A stretch of DNA of 64,000 bases from Convolutriloba macropyga (GCF_964194025.1 NC_134469.1:6386001-6450000), one strand, 5' to 3'. Shown: positions 39,126 through 53,603, numbered from the stretch's first letter. Made by a program: numbers and translations. The notes: generated from the sequence alone by a model not told the origin.

Positions 39126-40305
39126 TTCCCTTTTCATGGTATAAATTGCCATGATCTTGATACTGTCATCATAAAAATAAAGCATGTTTTTTTCCTGATT
39201 CAACGCTGAACTTTAAATGATCCCGACTCCGGGAAGGTATTCAAATGGCAGTTTGTAAATAATTGTGAAACCATGCATCATTCTACAAAATTAGCAAAAT
39301 AGGTTATAATTAATAGTAAATTTGAAATATAGATTAAAATAGGGAAGATGTTGTTTTCCATTTTCCGATTCGAAGAAGAGGAAAAAACATTAAAAATTGA
39401 AATATCGCGTATCAATCATAAATATTTCCACAAAATGCAAATATAACGGCCTGATTGAAAGATTTACTAATTATAATGAGCAGTTTTATTTGAAAAATGC
39501 TGATAAACAAAGTGTTTGTTTTTAACAGGTAATCTGCGCAGATGAACTCAAATAAAGAATTGTTGAAAGAATGGTTGTAAAGAATTCAAATTTGGGCAAT
39601 AAAAGATCTGATCAAGGGGGTTGAAAAGGAAGCCATAACTATAAAATGCTCTCTATCTTAATGCGCTGTACAGTTCCGTATCTTGCTCTAACCATTGTTG
39701 TAACACCATTATCACTGGTCGTTGACTAATTCGAGGAAAAAATAAATAAGCTTAATTTTATTTTCCCCGCTTCTTAATTCTGGTTCAATTTTCCTGTAAT
39801 TAATGGAAAGGTAAATAATCTTTTTTTTTCAAAATAAAAGCAATGAATATGAAACATTATCACAATGATCCACGGTTCATTCAACGAAGGCCCCAAGTAA
39901 AATTTTTGCCCAAAAACAGGAAATGGTAGTTTTCATTGATGTTATTTAGGAAAATCAGATGCAACTCTTCAGTCAAATTTATTTCTATGGTCGTTTTGAA
40001 CTTTTTCAGCGGACAAACCCTTTGTGTTACAAAATGGCCAACTTTGTAGCAACCACAGGACAAAAGGCGATTTGATTGAAGGATAACTTCTAATTTACGA
40101 TATGAATTACTTTCTCGAGCTAATAATTGAAACGAGGATTCTCTTTGACCAAAGCGAGATTGAGCCATAAAATTTATGCCATCGGCTATTATTTTTTGCG
40201 CATAAATACGTTTAAATTTTTTCTATCAACTGCCGTCAGCTTGAAAATATTTGCTGTCAACTTTAAAAAGCTCGACATTTGACTTTTGGCATGGTTGACA
40301 TTTGA

Positions 40306-40747
40306 TTTTATTGTTCCGACTCCAATTGTGGGCAGATGAACTATATACTCAAATGGTTTTTTTGTTCAGTCAATTTTCGCCGATCGATATATTCATCGAA
40401 CAGAAGTCTGAGTCGTGTCCTTAGAAAGCCCGTCCAGCGTAGAATAGAGAACTAAAAAGATTTTCACTTTTTATAGCGAGGTAGCGAGGTATAAAAATTT
40501 GTGAATAGGAGACAACAATCCGCTGTTTTTATACACATATTCTGTATTTTTGAACAAATTTTTGTCTATTTTGCTGAAATATGTTAAATTTGTTAACGGT
40601 AATGGGATTGATTTTATCTTTAAAGATAGAGGAGGGTTGCTGAATTGTTCGATCTGATTTTTTTCTTCAAAAATGGGATCAAATATGTTTTGTTAGCCCA
40701 ACTTAAGTTTGCCGGAAGTACACAACCTAAAACTGTGGTCATATTGT
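40306..40747 (+). repeat. Dispersed repeat family R1, truncated at the LINE 5' end
   Basis: Similarity to 19485-19927 stops at ~40747, where LINE sequence appears to start. Confidence 0.8.
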
Positions 40748-40963
40748 TCGAGTGTAAAACGCTAAATGAAATCAGTGAGGATATTGTTTCTCTCTTACTT
40801 TCGAACAATATTCTCACTGACCTTAAAGAGTCTGATCTTCTCCTCTTTGACCTTAAAGAATGTTGTTAAAAACACTCGATTCTGAGCATTATTCATGCAT
40901 TTCTAAACACATAACAGCTCTCAAACCACACAGTAAAGCAACATTATTGTTTAATAAACAAAA

Positions 40964-42052
40964 ATGATCGATGATAAACAGTATTCCTCTCTGAACAAAC
41001 AAGACATTTACCAGCTCTATGTTAGAACTTACAAAAAATTGGAAAAAAAAAAGAAATCTATAGAGGGTAAAATTACAAAATTTACCAAGATGATGGAGTC
41101 TGGTTTGTATATGGCTAATCCCCAACTGGTAGGGGGTGAGACGGTTCAGGGTGAGGTTCCGATTGCAAAAGAATATAAAACAGTAGGCACCATGACGGAG
41201 GCGAACGAATTGGTTCGCGATTTCCCAAAAAAAGAACTGTCACCGGAATGCGAAAACCTTGTTATTGGCAGTAGTATAACAGGCAAGCTTGAGATCGACA
41301 AATCCATTCCAATCGACTGCGCAATTCATGCTTATCGTGGGTCCACTACCAACGAGAAAATTAAAGCTTTGAGCAAATACGACCCAAAAAAATCCGAACA
41401 TTAGTAATTCAAGACAGAACAAACAACGTGCTGAAACATAATAGTAAATCTGGCAACGAAAATTTTCTTGAACACAAAAAACTAATTGACCTATGCATTG
41501 AAAAATTCAATCCAGATGTTTGCGTTGTTTGCGAAATACCGCCATTGAAAAACGTTGAGCAGTATCGGGATAAAAATGAAAAAATTGATGAAATCAATAA
41601 TCTTATTACATCTTACTATTCGGATAAAGCATCTTTCAAGTTATCTTAATGCTAATATTAAAAGTGTAAATAGTGCAGTAAACAAGGATAATAATAACGG
41701 TAGTGATTCCATTGGATATAATTTCTTATATTTTGATAATGTGCATTTAAACCACCAGCATGGTGTGCCTCTTCTCAAAAACTGGCTGCTTTCTCGTCCT
41801 CTTTTGACATCTAATGGTAGCATCTGTCCCAAAGGATTCTATCAAAACAAAAGCCTAATTAATAAAAGTCCTCAAAACGCCTACAGTTCTAATTATCGAA
41901 ATAAACCATACAACTACCCCCAAACAAACAGAAATAATTTATCGAATTATAACAATAGTTATCAGCCTGTGAATCAAAGATACTCCACACTAAACTATAA
42001 AGGTGCTTCTAATTTTTATGCCCAATCCTATCAAAGATCCCTATTCCAATAA
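40964..42052 (+). pseudogene. LINE ORF1 with coiled coil and SGNH/GDSL esterase domain (frameshifted)
   Basis: Block I LVIGSSI, block II AYRGST, block III QDRTNN (GxN-like), VCEIPP, block V FDNVHLN. Confidence 0.8.
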
Positions 42053-42110
42053 AACAATAATTTGTAATACTGATGATTTAGAGAACTGTTGTTGCAATTG
42101 TTTAAAATAA

Positions 42111-45100
42111 ATGACATTGAACATCTTCTTTTCGTCAACCCAACAATCAAAATGTTTTTATTTAGTTTTGCTAATGTTGGCCTCAAGAATTCCAGCGTCA
42201 ACAGTGGCAATTACATTACATAGCAAAACAAAAACTTTCGACGAAGGCTTTGGAAAAGCTTTTATGTACCTTCCACAAACAGGGTTTTTTTTGTAGGATG
42301 TAAAATTATTACTATATTTATTTTTCTGTTTTGCCTAACGCTACTCCTAAGGGCTGGTGATATAGAAACAAACCCAGGACCTGTTTTAACATACAATGAG
42401 TCTATCAAAATGACTCTAAGAAGAGAGTCGGAAATAAAAATTTATCATCTAAATGTACAAAGCATTCTTAGCAAGAAAGAACAACTACGCACGCTAGTGA
42501 ACGATCTTGGTCCTAACTGCATTTTTTTTGTTTCACAGAAACATGGCTTTGTGTTTTTGATGATATAAACGTTTTCAATCCTGAAAAAGAAAGATACTGT
42601 TGTTTCAGATCTGACCGTATTTCGGCTGCCGGAACGAAAACGAAAAAAGGTGGTGGAGTTATGATGCTTAAATCCAAAGGATTTTTCTCCAAAAATTCGT
42701 AATGATTAGACTCTTTTTACGAGGGATTCTGAGAGTGTATGGGTCTCATTGAAAATACCAACTTGTCCATCCTTACTAGTGAATGTTACTTATAACCCCA
42801 ATAAACAAAACAGCACTGATTTTTTGAACCAACTTGCAATTAACATTGATAATGCAATTACGAAAAACGAAAAGATAATACTTCTGGGTAATACTTCTGG
42901 ATAATACTTCTATAGTAAAAAGTGACCGCTTTGCTACTCTAAGTCTATTAGGGCTTCATGTTGAAACTAAAAAGGTACCAGTCCAGAAAAAATTTTTCGA
43001 TAAAAAGAACCATAATGCACTTGATTTTAAACACTGCCTAGAACAACAAAACTGACAAAAAATGTATGTTCAGAACAACTTGGATTCAATGCTACAAGTT
43101 TTCACTGAAAATTTTACGACAGCACTTTCGAAAAGCGCTCTACTTAAAAAAGGTTTTATCCGAAATGACAAAAGTTTTTTTACATTAACAGACAAATGGT
43201 TAACTAGATAATCAAGACAACTGATGGTCGATCGAGATAGGTTTTTGAATGATAAAGACTATGAAAATTCCTTTGATATAAGAAACCAGTTTAGTATTTC
43301 TAATGACAACAATTTCAACAGATTTCATAGAAATCTTATTGAAGCAGCAGAAAGTGACAGAAAAAAGTGGATGCTGATAAATGAAGTAAGAAACTCTGAA
43401 AAAACAAAACCCGGAATCTACAGTTTGAGAAATGTATGTGGTGATTATGTAAATCAAACAAAAAAAATGCTAACCTGTTGAACTATCGTTTCTCTACACT
43501 TGGGAAATTCCAAGGCCCTCAGCATCCACTACAGACTTCTGGGACAGGCAATCATGAACAAAAAACTTTTAGCTTTCACTATGTAACGGGGAAAGACTGT
43601 CATGACGCAATTAGGGCACTGGTGGGAAATAAATCGATTGGACCATCAAACATTCCTGCATGGGCTATTAAAGACTCAAGCTCTGTCATTGTTCCTCATT
43701 TAAATTTCCTTGTGAACTACTGCATCAAATTATCTTGCTTCCCCAATGAGCTTAAACGAGCACATGTTGTACCACTATACAAGAAAGATGACCCTGAGGA
43801 ACCTAATAACTATCGCCTAATTTCCATTACCCCATGCCTTTCTAAGATCATTGAAATCATCTTGAGGGATCAAATTTGTCAGTACCTTCACGACAACAAT
43901 TTACTAAGTAAAAATCAGTATGGTTTTAGGAAAAGTTTTCTACCATCGATTTCCTATTATTCTGCACAGAATTCATCAGAAACAACACTGACATTAACAA
44001 TTTTGTCACAGCAGCATTTCTTGACCTACCCAGCTTTTGATTCTATCAATTATGATATTTTGGATATCAAGTTAGGCAACCTAGGTTTTGATGAGAGTTC
44101 AAAAATTTCTCTTAAGAAGTTTCGTTACAAACCGCCGCCAATCCGTTGTACTACATGATTGCTTATCAGATGAACTAATGCTTCGTAAAGGTGTAGCACA
44201 AAAAACAGTACTTGGTCCGCTCCTATTTAATCTGTACATTAATGACATGGCAACGAGGGTTGACAATGAAACTGAACTCATACAATATGCTGACGATACC
44301 GTTATTTTTTAATTTTTGATACCTCCATTGACAAAAGCAAAATCAAGTAAGAGCAAAATGCAAACAAACTTACTCGATTTTTTCATGAACATGACCTCAC
44401 AGTTAATACCTCTAAAACTGAATTTATGATATTTGGTAAGAGCAAAAGAAAAGATTTCAGTGAACAGATAATTTTAGATTCAATTCCAATAGACGAGAAA
44501 CCTGAAGTAAAATATTTAGGGGTTCACATAGATAGCAATTTAACGCTTCAGGAGGAAGTGAAACATATCTTACGAAAAATGGCTCGCGGAATAAAAACAA
44601 TTTATGCTATTAGAAAATCGATTCCACAAAAACTATTGATACTTGTCCTAAATGCCCTAGTATTAAGTCACTTGCACTACTCAGCGGTTATCATTCACGC
44701 AATTGAGCAAAATTTATTAATGTCTCTTGAGAAACAGCTTAACTGGTCATTACGAGCAACTTTTTTTAGACTGAAATTTGAATCTGTTCAAGATATGAAA
44801 TGCAGTCGGAATATACTACCCGTAAAACTCTTTTTAAAAACAAAAAAATTACAATACTTTTCGAAAATAAAAAAACAGTTACGACCTGCGTTTTCACCAA
44901 CATCGGGACGTCCTTTAATCACCTGGAATCTTCATGAGTCAGATAAAGGACAGAAAAATTGTTCTGGGAGCAAAAATTTTTCTCTATCAAAAGGCAAAAC
45001 TCGTTTGTTAGATTAGCGATACTAGATTGGAATGAATTATCCAGCGGAATTAAAATCAAACAAGACAAAAAAGTTTCCCCAAGAAACTCAGAACTTTCTT

Positions 45101-45130
45101 TTCCTCAGCTTACAAAAGGAACCCTTTTTT
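42111..45130 (+). pseudogene. LINE ORF2 (hydrophobic leader, 2A, APE endonuclease, RT), multiply disrupted
   Basis: Fragments 42111-42296, 43224-43481, 43478-44158, 44088-44312 and 44426-45016. Confidence 0.88.
42341..42382 (+). other. 2A-like ribosomal skipping (StopGo) peptide LLLRAGDIETNPGP
   Basis: cta ctc cta agg gct ggt gat ata gaa aca aac cca gga cct is an exact D(V/I)ExNPGP consensus, in frame with the downstream APE domain. Confidence 0.9.
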
Positions 45131-47958
45131 GTGGAAGGTTACTTGTTCAACATGGCGTGACTTTAAATTTGGAAAATGAATCAGAACTACTGTTTACAGG
45201 TTGGGTTGACTTTATAAACTTATTTAATTTTTTTTGAGATATGCGACATAATTTGAATTTAACTCAAACTTTCTGTTATAATAAGTAAATAATAAATCCA
45301 TTTAAAGAATTACACTGCCGGACTAATATCAATTGTAATCGTTGATGTGGATCGGATTCAGTGTTTTTTTTAACTTGTCAAGCATAAAATTTTAAATTAA
45401 AAGATTTTCGTTTTTTTTCGTTTCTTCCGAGAAGTCATCGAGGTTCAAATTTTTGTGAACATTTACCTCATTGCTAATGTTTTGTTGACTTTTTTCGTTT
45501 TTTAATCAAATTTTTATTAAATTTACTAAAACATTACAATACTAATTTAAAAAATGTTTACAATTTTATGCCTAAATGTATATGAAAGTTGGAGAACTTT
45601 TTGAACAGATTCCTTTAATAATATTTGGGCCTAAATTCCGAGAACTCAGTTTTTTTCCCAATTTTTACAGGTATTACAGAAATTAAAAATGCTGTCACAA
45701 TCATTGTTCATTTGGACTAGGGCAGTTTGCGTTTTTGATTACTACGAAAATATTCTGAAAGTAAGAATTTGCCGGCATTTGTCTAATTTAAATCGATGTT
45801 CATCGAGAAAGCATAGTTCATTTTTGATATATCAAGATTATTTTGCAAAGGTAATTCTTTTCGAAAAAATCTAGTGGGCAAAAAATTCAGAACAATTATA
45901 TTTTTAAAACAACCGCGCGGCAGTAGCAAGGCCGGTTATGGTCTCATCGTCAATTTAACAACGGAAAATTATTTAGTGTGTATCGGGAAGCTGTTCTTTT
46001 AGAAATCTCTTTTCCTCTGACAAATATGTTTTCATTTAGAAGTTCAATTAAAGCAAAAAAAATCATGTTTGAATGAGGCCCAATGAACAGTTTTTATTTA
46101 TTTTCAGAATTGAGTTCATGGTTTTTTTCGCAAAGAGAATGTGTTGTTGCAAACTTTTAAAACACTCTTCAGTTTTGCAGCATCTCTTGTTCATTTATTA
46201 GTCTGTTCACTTAATCTCACTGATCAAATTTCTAGTTGGCTATCAAAAGAATTAGCAGTGAAACTATCAAATGTTTTCACTTCATACAAAATTTATCCTA
46301 TGCATTTAAATACAAGTCTGTTAAAGATTATCATAGAATTTTTGTTCTTTGCCAATTTTATGACTTTATTTGTGTCAATGTGTAGTTTAGTCTCCTTAGT
46401 GACCCGTCTCATCATTTTTCTAACAAAAAAATTGATCTTTATGGAGATTTTATGACAACTAAGGGACCTTATGGCTGAGCATAAATAATCGAGAGGAAAT
46501 AATGATTCTTTCTCTGCCATCTTGTTTCACTCCTATTTCTCTTAATGTGTCTTATCAATGGCAGCGCCCATCCTTTGGCCGTAAAGTAAACGTTAAAATC
46601 GAAATTTAGTCCCGCGACATTTATGGCTTAAACAAATAGATTTACGCCTTTAATATTTTGAATTTTCACAAATTTCATTTGATTTTACGATTATTTGCCT
46701 GTATTTCTTTTTTTAGTACATCTTGTCAGATGTCACATTAGCGACAGATTCTGTTGATTTTGAGAAAATATCATGTCGATACGGTACAAAATATTTGGTG
46801 AATTGCTTAGGTTGTCAACAGCTGCGAAACTTTTCTTGAACTTATTATATGAGTTTTCGATTATCGCCTGTAATTGATTCTCTTTTTGTAGTCGTATAAT
46901 ATATTCTGAAAGATGACAGGTCCCAATAACTTCCTCTGAAAATATAAAGGAACTTCTTTATTTTTTAATTTGATAGCTTAAGTTTTCAACGTTTTCGATT
47001 TCATTTGTTTTCAAAACTTATATCGAGGTAATTATTAGTTTTTCACTTTTTCTTTTTTTTGCCAAATTGTAACTTTGTCTTATTCATTCCGCATCCAGTT
47101 TCCAACCAGTATTGTTGACATCCTCTTTCTTGTGAAGTAAAATGTGATTGTTACATTTTGTGTTTTAATCAATGCTTTAATGACTTTTACATTGAGTATT
47201 TATCAAAAATTTGTGAACTTTTAAAGCTGGTAGGAATATGATGTACTTTCTGTTGTCTGTTGAAGTTATCCCTTTATAGAACGGCCTTATTGATGATCAA
47301 ATGGGGCCCAAGTGGTTCTATACAACGTTTTCCGTCAATAACTTATTCTTTTAATGGCTTCAAAACTTGTGTTTTTATAGTTTTTTGTGATATTTTGAGT
47401 CTTACCTGTAATTGTTGTTATTTCGTAGTCTTATGACTTAATTTGACTACAGAAAGCTGGCTTTGCCGCTCAATTTTTGTCCTTCTTTCGACTTGTTGCT
47501 TAGTCGCACTAAAGACAGGTCCAATCTGCTTTGTTGTAAATTACAAACTGGTTTGTTAAATTAGGTTTCATCTGGCACTATTTTTATTTTGTTTCTGACA
47601 AAGTTTTTATATATTTTAAAGAATTTTTTTGGTTTCGACCGCAGTTATTTTTTTGTTGTTATAAATTGCTCTCGACTGAAACTTTTGTTTAACTGAACAG
47701 TTTAATTCCAATATTGTTGGTTTTCTTGTGTGCAAAATCTTTGCTAATCTCTTTTTTTCTTTCTGTTCTAGGACATCCTTTGACTTCTTGGGTAACTTTT
47801 TCACTCTTTAGATCTTCATTTTTGAGGGATTTAAATAGCTATCATTCTGAAAAAAAGTTTGTTGGGAAAACTATTGTAAAAGAAAACAAATCGAAGGCAA
47901 TGTGGCTGAATGGGGAAGATATCAGACTACAGTCATGGAGCTCAGTAATATTTTATAA

Positions 47959-47972
47959 ATATATATATATAT

Positions 47973-48034
<62 letters not shown>
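47959..48034. repeat. (TA)n microsatellite
   Basis: Directly visible. Confidence 0.98.
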
Positions 48035-48037
<3 letters not shown>

Positions 48038-49328
48038 AAAACAGCTTCCGATTTGTTTAAAATAGATTGGGGTTTGGATCTGGATTTATCGCGATTTTAC
48101 AGCCGTTTTTAAAAAATTTTTTGAGTCCTAATTTCTATATTTGCTTTTTTTCCTGTGACTTTGTGGCGAAGTACGCTAAATGCGATGCATATGCTTCTGC
48201 TTCAGCGGTGAGTTTTTTTGATGACTGAACTGTTCTGAGGACAACCAATGATTTGCTATTATACTTCAAATTTTGCCTAAAAAATAAGAAAAGACTTTGC
48301 AAAATTTTCCCCCAATATCGTCTAGTCAACTCGTAAGCTAATTTCATTAACAAGCTTTCCTAATTGCTATGTACCCATACCTGTGTGCTTGTGCTGAGTG
48401 GTTTTTTTTGGATTAAGTGGTTGTATTCCATTATTCGATTTGAGTTTTTTCGAAGAATTTCTGTTTTTTTTGCATAATTGCCTATTTAACAACTGCTAAC
48501 CAATTTCATAGAACGGTTGTTTGATAAGTAAATAGGCATCAAATTTAGATTAATTGTGACTCAGTTCAGTATTATACAGCATAATTAACATCTATTTGAA
48601 TTTGGTTTGATTTTGCACTATCTACATATAAGGTTTTTAAGTGAGTGCAAAATTCATTTTGAGTTACTTCAGCACTCAATTCGTCTAGATTGAGAACCTA
48701 AAGTTACTCAAAATTAAATGATGGCCACTTGTGATTTGACAGACATTACAGTTTCAGATTTAGTATAACAGAGGCATAGATTTTGCTTCATGGATCTCAA
48801 TTTTTGGTTTTTCGAAGAATAATTGTTCACTTAATATAAAAATATCTCCAGTTGAGTATTTGCATTTGAGTTTAGTTCATTTCTGTTATTTCTTTCCCTC
48901 GATTATTCTTTCTAGTAAAATAAAGAATTATGATATCAATGGTATTGCCCATTTTTTTGTATAGACGTTTGTTCTTCAGGAAGAATCTATCAAAGTTTAA
49001 ATAACAAAGTATGAAGTACTTCTTTAAACGTAATCTGTCTCTCTTTCAATTGGTGGAAAACTCAGAAAAAATTGCGGGTTAGCCTGATCGGAACATGAAG
49101 TGCCATCGCACATTACCGAGCATCTTTGTTAAGTAAGTAAACATATAAAAAACTTCTTGCTGCTGAAAATTGCAAATCGAATTGATGTGAACTTTAAAAA
49201 CAGATGTCTTTCATTCTCGCGAAAAAAAGGAAAATTGACATTAAATTGTCAACCACTACTTAAATTCCAGGCCACTGATTGTGCGCTAACTAAAATTAAA
49301 TTTCAAAAAATGAATAGCATAGCTGAAA

Positions 49329-49731
49329 NNNNNNNNNNNNNNNNNNNNNNNNNNNNNNNNNNNNNNNNNNNNNNNNNNNNNNNNNNNNNNNNNNNNNNNN
49401 NNNNNNNNNNNNNNNNNNNNNNNNNNNNNNNNNNNNNNNNNNNNNNNNNNNNNNNNNNNNNNNNNNNNNNNNNNNNNNNNNNNNNNNNNNNNNNNNNNNN
49501 NNNNNNNNNNNNNNNNNNNNNNNNNNNNNNNNNNNNNNNNNNNNNNNNNNNNNNNNNNNNNNNNNNNNNNNNNNNNNNNNNNNNNNNNNNNNNNNNNNNN
49601 NNNNNNNNNNNNNNNNNNNNNNNNNNNNNNNNNNNNNNNNNNNNNNNNNNNNNNNNNNNNNNNNNNNNNNNNNNNNNNNNNNNNNNNNNNNNNNNNNNNN
49701 NNNNNNNNNNNNNNNNNNNNNNNNNNNNNNN
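49329..49731. other. Assembly gap
   Basis: Run of N. Confidence 1.
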
Positions 49732-51089
49732 TTCTCTTAAAACTAAATGAAAATGTCCATACAGTTGTTTCATTAAACAAAACAGGTGACGTCAACAATT
49801 CTTCAATTAAAACATAGTTTTTCAGTAAAGTATTGATAACAATTTCAAAAGCATTCATGTAGCGTAGAACGTTAAGAACTTTTCAATTGAAAATGTAAGC
49901 GCCCTGAAATATTAAAAGTTTTTTATCTCTCCACAAAAGTCCAGCAGGCATAGTTTTCCCGAACAAGAAATAAATATGGAGGGCTGCAACAGAAAATTGC
50001 AGAACGGTGGTCATTCACGCCTTCAGTCAGTTTCAAAGATTGATCAAAAGTTCAATTGATTGGAAAAGAAATAAACAAACTAAGAAATAAGACACCGTTT
50101 GATATAATTTTGATGCATTAGGCAGTTATATAAACATTTTATTTAAAAAGTTGTATAAAAATAACTAAATTGTTCTTTTGGTTTGAAGCTGTGGAAATTA
50201 TATAATCCCTTTTATCGATCAGCGATCCAAATTGCGTGATATTCAAAAATGAGAACAAACCGCAAATTGGGTGTCTCACGCGAAATGTCAAGACCAGCAC
50301 GCGATATCTGTCTTTCCCAGTCATAACAAAAATGAACATAGCCGACAAGTTAGGACGCGTATCTATTATAATTTTGCGGTAATATAAACCTCTGAATTAA
50401 TGATCCAGATTAAACATGAGAAAAAAAGAGATGATCATAAAGTTACCTCTACTTTATGAACTAAAAAATTCATCGAAAGCGATCGTTGCATCAAGAAGTT
50501 TAGAATTACTTTAACAGCTTGATATCTTTGATGTAGTGATCAAATAGTTCCCTGATGAAACAGTCGGCTCCACTAACAATTTTAAAGGATTTTGCAATTC
50601 AATCTAGTTAATTTATAAATTCAGCAGCATTTAATGCAGATTTTGCAAAATTAATTGAAAAATTTTGCAAAAATTTTGGAATTACTTTTCTTCAAATTTT
50701 GCAAAGAAAAGACCTCCGCAAAAATCAACAAGCATGTTTGTCAAGTTTTTTTCTTGCAGCTGCTGTAATGAGATTCAATTTGAATAATAATCAATTTAAT
50801 TTAATTCCCAATTTTTGTTCTGATCCAAATATATCAGTGGGGTCTTTTATAAACTTACTTTACCAGATTCCAGAAATCACGACAACAGATAAAAACAAAT
50901 TTGAAAAAAAAATAAGAGGGGAAAGAATAACTGAAAGAGAAGCTGTCAGTGTTAGTTTCAAAACACCAAATGGTGCGGAAGCAGATATCTGTCGAATGTA
51001 TCGCATCAAAAAATTTATATTCTGTTCATACATTTTGTGTTAATCCGATTTGATTTCTTTTAATCTAATCATTCTCGTGTGTTTTACAA

Positions 51090-52235
51090 CTCGCCCCATT
51101 CCTCCAGGAATAGTTATCTTGCAAGATTTGTGCTCATTTTTGCTAAGTCAGCTTGCAAATTTCTGTATTCTTTGTACAAATATTGTAAGATCTTCCAAGT
51201 TTTTTAAATAGAACTTACATGATAATTATGCCTCTTGCAAGAACTTGCAAGATAAATTTTCTTAGCATGCCTCTTGCTAAAAAATAAAAGAAATTGTAAG
51301 ATCTGACTTTCTTTATTACGAAACCTGCAAGTTCCTACAAAATAACCATTCCTAATACTAACTTGGCACGATTTCACATTCCCTGATACCTTTCTTACTA
51401 AAACGAGCAACATTAAGGAATTATTTGCTGTCATTATAATGAAACTTGCAAATTCTTACAAGATAAAAATTCCTCGTACTAACTTAGTAGAATTTCACTT
51501 TCCCTAATACGCTTTTTACTAAAACTTACACGATTAGGCAAATATTGGGTCCCATTAGTACGAAACTGGCAAGCTCTTACAAGAACGTTCTAATTAAGTA
51601 CAGTTTCCCATTCCCTAATTCGCTTCTTGGAAAAACTTTTTGGCCTGCTAGAAAAAAAATGAAAAACTTTTTCGTTTTCAGCTATCAACGGGATTTTTTT
51701 ATTTTTAATTTGGTCCCAAACATTACTGCTTAAAACTACATTAGACCTGATGGGCATTTTGCGCGTGTTTATGTACTATCAGCACTTCGCTATACCGTTT
51801 TTGTCTCACCAAATTTTTTTTTTCAATTTTTTTGTGTTATAAGCAATAAGTTGGTTAAAAACAAGGTAATGAATTTGATGGGGAACAAGTTCACTAGGAT
51901 TATGCGAATTACCTAAGCATAAAAATTTTTAAAAGTTCAGATGAGATTTCAACTCATGGGGTGAAGGGCTGTTCCAAAAGCTTTCCCTATTCTATTACCG
52001 ACGGCTATCTTGCAAGATCTTGCAAGAATCTTTTATGATCTAGTACAATCGGAAAATAATCTTTTAAGTTGCGTACTAAATTTTGCAAGTTTTTGCATGA
52101 TCTTACAAGATAACTATCTAGTACAACAGATTAGTTATCTTGGAAGATTCGTACTAAATCATACTAACATTGGACCACTTAGTACGAGTTAATGCAAATC
52201 TCGCAAGATAACGATTCTGCAAGGTCCGGGGCGAC
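51090..52235. mobile_element. Old non-autonomous TIR element with CTT(G/A)CAAG subterminal repeats
   Basis: The left end tcgcccc..gaatagttatcttgcaagatttg is an imperfect inverted match to the right end caaatctcgcaagataacgattc..ggggcga. Many cttgcaag/cttacaag motifs inside. Confidence 0.6.
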
Positions 52236-53603
52236 TTCAGTTCGAACAGTTCCTCGATCACTCTCCAAGCTATTCAATTGTAACGCTTTGCCTCACAGTT
52301 ATTGTGTTGTCGCATCGCATTTCACCTGCTAAGTGCTTAGACGGCTAATTTGCTCCGCGAATTTGTAAATCTAGGGTTGTGGGAAGAATAGACAAAGACA
52401 TCCTTATAAAGAGAATTCTGTTCTTAACCATTCTCCAGCGCACAGGGCGACTTTCTATATAAGAGAAGTTGATTATCTATTTGACCTAAAAAATTACACA
52501 AAAAGACCAATTTTAAACTAACTCCTTGGCTGTTTTCTGAATGACGAGCTGTCAGCGTCTGTTGCGGAGAGGAATTCGCAGTTGAAGCTAGAAATATTGG
52601 ACAGTTTCCTTGTAAGAATTATTGTTGTTCCAGAAATTTTTAATCCAGAAAGTTGCATGAGCTTCAGTTTAGCTTTTCGGAAGGAGAGTTTCGAGTGTAA
52701 ACCTTACTAATCACTGGAAATAATTGATTTATTCAGGACATTTTGAAAAACTAATTCCTTCGCTTGCCTGTTGCCGAACTGTGTGACGTACCAATTACTC
52801 GACAGAGGCTGCTAAATAGTTACTGATGACATTTTAAAACACAGAAATGCGTTAATTAACTAAACTTTATTGCAAAATAACTATTCTTAACTAAATGAAA
52901 AATTTTAAAAATATACGCAAGTAATCTAGTAAATGGTATAAATATGAGCAAATCTGATAGAAAAAAATAAAAAGGCAAACTCGAAGTTGAAGTCACGACA
53001 GCGAACATGAACCAATTGTAATGAAGGTTCCAAACAACTACACTCATGGAAAGAAACAGTCTGAGTTCTGTAAGATACGAAAACCAAACCTAGAAATTTT
53101 TAACTCCGCCGTAAACAGGTTGGATGGGACCAATTGGAATCTGCATCTCAAATCACCATCTGAATGATAACTGCAAGAAATTAATTTTTAGTTTCCAAAA
53201 ATAAAAACTGACCTTTGATGATCTGATAAAAAACTTGACAGAACTTCTCAACTTTTGCAAATCACCAAAAAGCCTATTGTTTTTAGTTAGTTTCACAACA
53301 TAAAACAAAATTGTAACAAATTTTGGAGAAAAATTTTAGAAAATCAAGAAGTGCAATTTAAAACAGACAGAGTAAAATTTATTGCAATAGCGTTTTTGAT
53401 GGAAGTTTAAACAAAACACGGATGTTTGATAAGTCAATAACTTTCATTTGTATTCGTATTTCTACTAAATTGTGTTTCTACGAAAACAACAACTGCAATT
53501 GATTAAAATGACAATAAGATCAAGCTCATAACTATCAATTATTGAGAGTGTAAAAAAATTGTATCCCATAGATAGAACTACTGAAAAATTGTCCCACGGA
53601 ACG

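Larger units (their letters stand above)
40748..45300 (+). mobile_element. CR1/L2-group LINE, near full length and decayed
   Basis: ORF1 esterase motifs. ORF2 has APE (YHLNVQSI, TETWL, GGGV), RT (AHVVPLYKKDD..NNYRLISI, AFDSINY, GVAQKTVLGPLLFNLYIND, YADD, KYLGVHIDSNL) and an AATAAA near 45291. Confidence 0.92.

Noticed and set aside
47714-48112. 132-aa ORF with YIYI repeats
   Set aside because: It reads through a (TA)n microsatellite.
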